From Bacillota bacterium (lineage in GTDB: Bacteria; Bacillota_I; Bacilli_A; Acholeplasmatales; Acholeplasmataceae): a DNA stretch of 64,000 nt. The notes under the pieces are model-generated. The model was given only the letters and a program-made list of their open reading frames with translations. It made no database searches and was not told the DNA's origin. The position numbers and the translations under genes are program-made. The DNA is taken from the NCBI GenBank assembly GCA_018817915.1, contig JAHISX010000043.1, positions 2,591-66,590 of the forward strand, read 5' to 3'. This document shows, piece by piece, positions 58,988-64,000 of this stretch. Numbering within the stretch: the first letter of the stretch is position 1; each line of letters opens with the position of its first letter.

Positions 58988-59628
58988 TGTTTGCAAGAGC
59001 ATATGATTTATTGATGGCCGATGTGGATTATGAAGCTATCTATCAATGGTTAAAGCCATATATTGGTTTAGATCAAATCATTGTCGATGCAGGTTGTGGT
59101 TCCGGGTACTTGTTGTTAGAACTACTCAAAAATAACCACCAAGCCATAGGTATCGATAACGATACTGAAATGCTTTCATTAGCTCAAAATAGAATACAAG
59201 AACATGAACTGAGTCCTATGCTCTATGAGCATGATTTGAGAAATTCTTTAGGAATCAAAGTGGATGTTGTACTAGCGATGTTTGATGTTGTAAATTATTT
59301 TAAGGGTATTCATCAAGTTTTTTATCACATCTATCAGGCATTAAATAAAGATGGTGTTTTCATCTTTGATATCTATAAGGAAGAAGTATTAGGAATATAT
59401 AATGATTATGTTGAAATAGAAGATGACCCAATACATTATGAATGGTCTGTGAAAACTAAAGATCACAAATTGTATCATACTTTAAAAATAAACCATGAAG
59501 TAGAAAAAATCATCCAGTATGCTTATCCTATCTCTTATTATCAAGGAGTATTAGAATCTTTTGGCTTCAGAGTTGAAGTTAAAGACGGAATAGATTCTAG
59601 AAAGCACTATATTGTCGCCTATAAGTAG
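58987..59628 (+). CDS. Class I SAM-dependent methyltransferase (YqeM-like)
   Basis: VDAGCGSGYLLLEL (motif I) and GIDNDTEML. Position after rsfS matches B. subtilis yqeM. Confidence 0.8.
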   Translation: MFARAYDLLMADVDYEAIYQWLKPYIGLDQIIVDAGCGSGYLLLELLKNNHQAIGIDNDTEMLSLAQNRIQEHELSPMLYEHDLRNSLGIKVDVVLAMFDVVNYFKGIHQVFYHIYQALNKDGVFIFDIYKEEVLGIYNDYVEIEDDPIHYEWSVKTKDHKLYHTLKINHEVEKIIQYAYPISYYQGVLESFGFRVEVKDGIDSRKHYIVAYK

Positions 59629-59644
59629 GCGATTTTATTTTATT
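59615..59644 (+). terminator. Weak intrinsic terminator overlapping the methyltransferase stop codon
   Basis: Stem tcgcct (59615-59620) / aggcga (59627-59632), 6-nt loop, then ttttatttt. Confidence 0.5.
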
Positions 59645-59719
59645 TGAGTCACGTTTAGGTCGTAAAAATGTTATAATATCTACATAAAAGACAGTTTCAA
59701 TGGTTTAGGGGGAATTGAT

Positions 59720-60997
59720 ATGAACAAATGCTTTATTTTACTTATTCTCATTACATCGACATTTTTTCTTTTTTCATGCAAAGAGACTACGGAAGTAGTT
59801 GATACAGATTCTTTGCCAGCAACAAAAGAAGAAATTCAAAATTCACTTGAGGTTTACATGAGTGAAATTAATGATGTGAATGAGACAGTATATACATTTG
59901 AACCTGGCGAGACACAACAAAATTTTGTTAAAGATATCTATTTGAAAGAAGAGTTTACAGTTGATGAGCCTGATTCATATTATTATAAGAATCATCGCTT
60001 TGTACCCAATCTAGATTCCATATTTAATGAGATTCAAATGGATTTAGACAGCATTGCTGATTTTAAAACCGGGACATTTATTGACACTAATTTGTTTGGT
60101 GACAAAATACTTTTTCATGTTCAAGATCAGCTACTAAGAATTGTTCTTACAAGCATTGATGAAAATGAAGAGGATGACGAACAAAAGGATATCAATGAAA
60201 TAGAAACTGTCAAACGTATACTTGACTTAAAAATAAACGCGGACGGTACACTCAGTTATAAATATCTAAGATACTCCAATAAGATTGACCACGAATATGT
60301 CACTTACTATGAGATCAATGAAGGTAAAAATGCTTTCTATTTTAATGGACAAGGTGCGACAGATATTGAGTACTTATATTTAGATATGACAACAAACAAT
60401 GTTACAGAATATTTGAGAATTCCTAATTCTTTATCAGAATATTCGGAATATTATTATTATTTTGACAATGCTTCTAACTTGGAATACTTCGCATTTTTTA
60501 TTAATGAAATCCTTCAAACTGAACATATAAGTCGTTACGCAATTAATACGATGATTTTTACATATTCCATTCGACACGAAGAAACAAAAAAAGCAGATTT
60601 AATGTGGAATATGACCTATGTTGATGATTGGGAAAGTTTGACAATAAGGGAATCCTCACAGTCGCATTATTATGTAGGTGATTATTTTACTGTTGATGGG
60701 CAAAACTATTTTTCAGATGACACAATATATGCATTTGTCGAATGGGGAAACCCTAAAATTATTCTTTGTAAGGAATTTTTATATGAGGATATCAATGACT
60801 CGGTCATTTCGCTGGAACATTATGGTATGCAATATCAGTATACTGAAGATACTCAAATTGCTTTGGAAGGTTTACTGACAACTTATATTGAAAGTATATC
60901 AGGTGATTTATTCTATGACGATGTCATAATAAATACTGAAGATTCTCACATCTTTCTTATCGATTATCTTGATGATTTGTTGTACTTCAATGAATAG
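59720..60997 (+). CDS. Hypothetical acidic lipoprotein
   Basis: Signal peptide plus lipobox LFSC. 425 aa, rich in D/E/Y/N, with no motif recognised. RBS aggggga. Confidence 0.6.
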   Translation: MNKCFILLILITSTFFLFSCKETTEVVDTDSLPATKEEIQNSLEVYMSEINDVNETVYTFEPGETQQNFVKDIYLKEEFTVDEPDSYYYKNHRFVPNLDSIFNEIQMDLDSIADFKTGTFIDTNLFGDKILFHVQDQLLRIVLTSIDENEEDDEQKDINEIETVKRILDLKINADGTLSYKYLRYSNKIDHEYVTYYEINEGKNAFYFNGQGATDIEYLYLDMTTNNVTEYLRIPNSLSEYSEYYYYFDNASNLEYFAFFINEILQTEHISRYAINTMIFTYSIRHEETKKADLMWNMTYVDDWESLTIRESSQSHYYVGDYFTVDGQNYFSDDTIYAFVEWGNPKIILCKEFLYEDINDSVISLEHYGMQYQYTEDTQIALEGLLTTYIESISGDLFYDDVIINTEDSHIFLIDYLDDLLYFNE

Positions 60998-61068
60998 ATC
61001 TAAATTGTTCATCGTATAAAATTAAAGTAATTTTCATCATCGCACATACTATAAAGTGGAGGTGTGAT

Positions 61069-61578
61069 ATGAAACAAGCTATGATGATGACGATGATCCT
61101 AGTAATCTTAGGATGGTTTTGGTTATATCCCAGACAAGAAGAGATTGAATATGCTAATCAATCGGCACAACCCTTGGAAATGATTGAAGTAGAAATTAAA
61201 GGTGCGGTTGTATTTCCAGGTATTTATCATTTCTTTGAGCCTTTAAGACTTGAAGAAATCATTAGCTATGCAGGAGGATTACTTGAAGACGCAGATATAT
61301 CATCATTTAATCAGTCTGAATTAATAAGTAGAGATAAACAAGTCACTATTTCATCAATTCATGTGACTGTTGAAACACCTTCGATTTTGGTCAATATCAA
61401 TACTGCTGGATTTAAAGAGTTGATTACCATACCGGGTATGACCGAAACAAGAGCTGCTTCACTGATTATCTATCGCGAGCAGTACGGAAAATTCAATACC
61501 ATCGATGATTTAATCAATGTCAAAAATATAGGAATTGTCACTCTTGAAAAAATTAAACCATATATTACTTTGGGATGA
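61069..61578 (+). CDS. comEA: Competence protein ComEA (DNA receptor; SLBB + helix-hairpin-helix)
   Basis: N-terminal TM. VEIKGAVVFPGIY (SLBB). VNINTAGFKELITIPGMTETRAASLIIYREQYGKFNTIDDLINVKNIG (HhH x2). Confidence 0.9.
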   Translation: MKQAMMMTMILVILGWFWLYPRQEEIEYANQSAQPLEMIEVEIKGAVVFPGIYHFFEPLRLEEIISYAGGLLEDADISSFNQSELISRDKQVTISSIHVTVETPSILVNINTAGFKELITIPGMTETRAASLIIYREQYGKFNTIDDLINVKNIGIVTLEKIKPYITLG

Positions 61579-63628
61579 TTTCTATATAGAGGGCTATGCA
61601 TTTTTCTTAATGATCCTTGGATGTTTTTATCCTTGGATTTTTATTGTTTTACTAGCCTACTTATACTGGCAAAGAAGACATATTAAATTTCTTGTTATCA
61701 TGATTGGAATTTTGATGTTATCGGCACGGTATTACATATTTGATGCTCGCGTGACACCAATATCAATCCATGGTGAATCTCAAATTACCGAGCTAACACC
61801 ATATGAGTATACTGATATGATCATTTTAAAATACAATAATTATTCTTTCCAAGCCTTTGTTGATCAAGGTGCTTATCAAGTTGGAGATATTGTTTTTGTT
61901 GATGCTCATGTGGAACCTTTTAGGAATCAGACCATTCCTTTTGGGTTTAATCAAAGAAATTACTATTTGTCACAAAATGTGAGGGGATATCTTGACATAG
62001 AATCAATCGCTTTTATTTCTCATTCGGATAGTTTTTATCATTTGAGAGAAGAACTGAACCTCTATTTATCTGGTTTTGAATCGCAAGCTTATATGAAGGC
62101 CTTATTACTTGGAGAAAAGAGTTTTACTGAAGAGCAAAGTTCGTTATATAAAAACCTTGGTATCCTTTATTTATTTACTGTATCAGGGTTACATATCTAT
62201 GGTCTATTATTCATCATCAAAAAAATCTTATTTTATTTTAGCTTTTCAGAAAAAACACAATTCATGATCATTGTGACTGTACTTTTGACTGTTTCTTATT
62301 TTAATCAATTTTCTGTCAGTGTATTAAGGATATTTTTAATCTACTTAATTCAATATGTCTCAACAAAGATGAAAATGAATCTTTCGCAATTAGATATGAT
62401 CCATCTGGCTTTTTTTATCATGCTGATGTTTCATATTGAATGGATATACAATCTAGGTTTTTTAATGCTATTTCTTATTTTAAACTTCATCAATTTGACA
62501 GCTTTTATTTATCAACATCTAAGCTTCTATTTAAAGAGACTTATGATATCTTTCATCATCATTTTAAGCATTCTTCCATTTCAAACAAAGATATCACCAT
62601 TTTTAATTTTGATGTTACCCATCATCACTATTTTCCTTTCAGGGCCTATCTATGTGCTCTCACCTTTGGTCCTTTTTATTCCAGAATTGGATGATTTACT
62701 ATCATCAATCCTCATACGTTTTGAAGATATCATGAAAAGTGTTCAATCCATCAACATTTCATTTGTTTTCCCTTCCCTACCGGGCTATAGCATCATACTA
62801 TATTATGTTCTGTTAATATATTTATTCAGATCAAGAAACTTAAAGTTATTATTACTCAGAAGTGAATTCATATTATTATTGTTCTTTTTCTATATTTTTG
62901 ATGTCTCTTTGAATCAAGAAATAAATCTTTACATGATTGATGTAGGACAAGGAGATTCATTTTTACTTGAATCTCCTTCGTGCAACATACTCATTGATAG
63001 TTATCAAAATGTATTATCTTTAATGAATGATTTGGGCATTTATCACCTGGACTATATGATTTTAACCCATAGTGATAATGATCATGTAGAAGAAGCACAA
63101 GAGATCATTGATCATGTCAAAGTGAACCAAGTTATCATCAATCCATATAATACATATGATATTACTCACAAAAAGATTGTAAAAGTCAAATCAGATGATA
63201 GTTTAAGATGTGGATTGCTATCAATTCAATTTTTAGGGCCAATTAAGCAGTATGAAGACTTAAACAATAATGCTCTAGTATTTAAAATTTTCATTGGCAA
63301 TCAAAGTTTTTTATTTACTGGAGATATAGAGAGTAAAGCAGAACAAGATTTAGTTCTAAAATATAACATCTCACTAAAAAGCGATGTGCTTAAAATAGCA
63401 CATCATGGTTCCTCGACATCTTCTATAGAAGAATTCATCTATTTTGTCGATCCTGATATTGCTCTTATTTCATTAGGTTACAATAACGGATACGGTTTTC
63501 CTAGTCAAGAGGTAATCAATAGACTTAAGCTATCTGATATTGATATCTATAGAACTGACACAATGGGAACCATTGTTTACACATATCATCAAAAGAAAGA
63601 AAAGTGGATCATGCATCTACCATTTTGA
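61535..63628 (+). CDS. comEC: DNA internalisation channel ComEC/Rec2 (competence domain + metallo-beta-lactamase domain)
   Basis: Polytopic membrane core (LGILYLFTVSGLHI) and a C-terminal MBL domain (MIDVGQGDSFLLE, LTHSDNDH, HHGS). The exact start is uncertain. Confidence 0.88.
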   Translation: MSLLKKLNHILLWDDFYIEGYAFFLMILGCFYPWIFIVLLAYLYWQRRHIKFLVIMIGILMLSARYYIFDARVTPISIHGESQITELTPYEYTDMIILKYNNYSFQAFVDQGAYQVGDIVFVDAHVEPFRNQTIPFGFNQRNYYLSQNVRGYLDIESIAFISHSDSFYHLREELNLYLSGFESQAYMKALLLGEKSFTEEQSSLYKNLGILYLFTVSGLHIYGLLFIIKKILFYFSFSEKTQFMIIVTVLLTVSYFNQFSVSVLRIFLIYLIQYVSTKMKMNLSQLDMIHLAFFIMLMFHIEWIYNLGFLMLFLILNFINLTAFIYQHLSFYLKRLMISFIIILSILPFQTKISPFLILMLPIITIFLSGPIYVLSPLVLFIPELDDLLSSILIRFEDIMKSVQSINISFVFPSLPGYSIILYYVLLIYLFRSRNLKLLLLRSEFILLLFFFYIFDVSLNQEINLYMIDVGQGDSFLLESPSCNILIDSYQNVLSLMNDLGIYHLDYMILTHSDNDHVEEAQEIIDHVKVNQVIINPYNTYDITHKKIVKVKSDDSLRCGLLSIQFLGPIKQYEDLNNNALVFKIFIGNQSFLFTGDIESKAEQDLVLKYNISLKSDVLKIAHHGSSTSSIEEFIYFVDPDIALISLGYNNGYGFPSQEVINRLKLSDIDIYRTDTMGTIVYTYHQKKEKWIMHLPF

Positions 63629-63672
63629 GACGTTTTTTAGTATAATATAAGTAACAGTCAGGGGGCATGACC

Positions 63673-64000
63673 ATGGCCGAGTCCATCTACCTTTATTACA
63701 GCAACAATGAATTTCTATTGAATCACAAAATTGAAGAAAAAATAGCAGAGCTGAATATTGATCCTTTCAATATCATTAAGTACGACTTGCTTGAAAATTC
63801 AAGTGATGATATTTTAGAGGATTTACAAACCGTTTCTTTTTTTGCTGAGCAAAAGGTTATTATTGTTCGTAATCTTGCTGAGATAGAAAAAGAAGGCGAG
63901 TCAGTTGTGAAAAATTGGATTTCCTATTTAGAAAAACCAAATCCAGATGTTATTTTACTTGTGATTCAAAATGAGTTATTACCAGAAGATTCAAAACTTG
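63673..64000 (+). CDS. holA: DNA polymerase III delta subunit, 5' part (runs off the window)
   Basis: Frame open from ATG 63673 (RBS caggggg) to the window end. YLYYSNNEFLL..K......L..DPFN....D......D.L.DLQTVSFFAEQKVIIVRN is a typical HolA N-terminus. comEC-holA order as in Bacillus. Confidence 0.8.
   Translation, partial: MAESIYLYYSNNEFLLNHKIEEKIAELNIDPFNIIKYDLLENSSDDILEDLQTVSFFAEQKVIIVRNLAEIEKEGESVVKNWISYLEKPNPDVILLVIQNELLPEDSKL

Overview
AT-rich (about one-third G+C by eye), densely coding chromosomal segment from a low-GC Firmicutes/Mollicutes-lineage bacterium. TGA is a stop and Trp is TGG (code 11). There are many 'xxAC/xxSC' lipoproteins and Bacillus-like synteny without the wall gene mltG, which suggests an Acholeplasma- or Erysipelotrichia-like organism (inference only). 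Layout: (i) 1-2.5 kb is the tail of a polymorphic-toxin locus. It holds an orphan RHS/WapA-type C-terminal cassette with a GIY-YIG nuclease signature and a translationally coupled immunity candidate. (ii) 2.8-14.8 kb is housekeeping: gpmI, FMN riboswitch-ribU, eno, an ArsB/NhaD-type permease, oppBCDFA. (iii) 14.9-43.4 kb is a ~28 kb carbohydrate-utilisation island, apparently governed by a LacI-family repressor through three copies of a 16-bp palindrome (ATCGAAACGTTTCGAT-like). It opens with a 1363-aa surface lipoprotein built from ten related beta-sandwich-like modules. It continues with two ABC importers (two SBPs, two permease pairs, no ATPase). One importer is interrupted by unusual accessory proteins: a 990-aa membrane-anchored SBP with CBM-like domains, an NHL-TPR-Yip1 membrane protein and a 752-aa unknown ectoprotein. 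It ends with an enzyme set that fits beta-1,2-glucan/sophoro-oligosaccharide catabolism: two GH144-like proteins, GH35, GH3 and a GH94-like phosphorylase. (iv) 43.5-64 kb is housekeeping: rnr-smpB, patatin, PAP2, GNAT, Ala T-box-alaS-ruvX-DUF1292-trmR-like-2xU32, DUF45, greA, yqeG-yqeH-yqeK-rsfS-MTase, a lipoprotein, comEA-comEC-holA. No rRNA, tRNA, CRISPR, transposase or integrase was seen. All family assignments rest on motifs read from the translations and on recalled synteny. No database search was possible.
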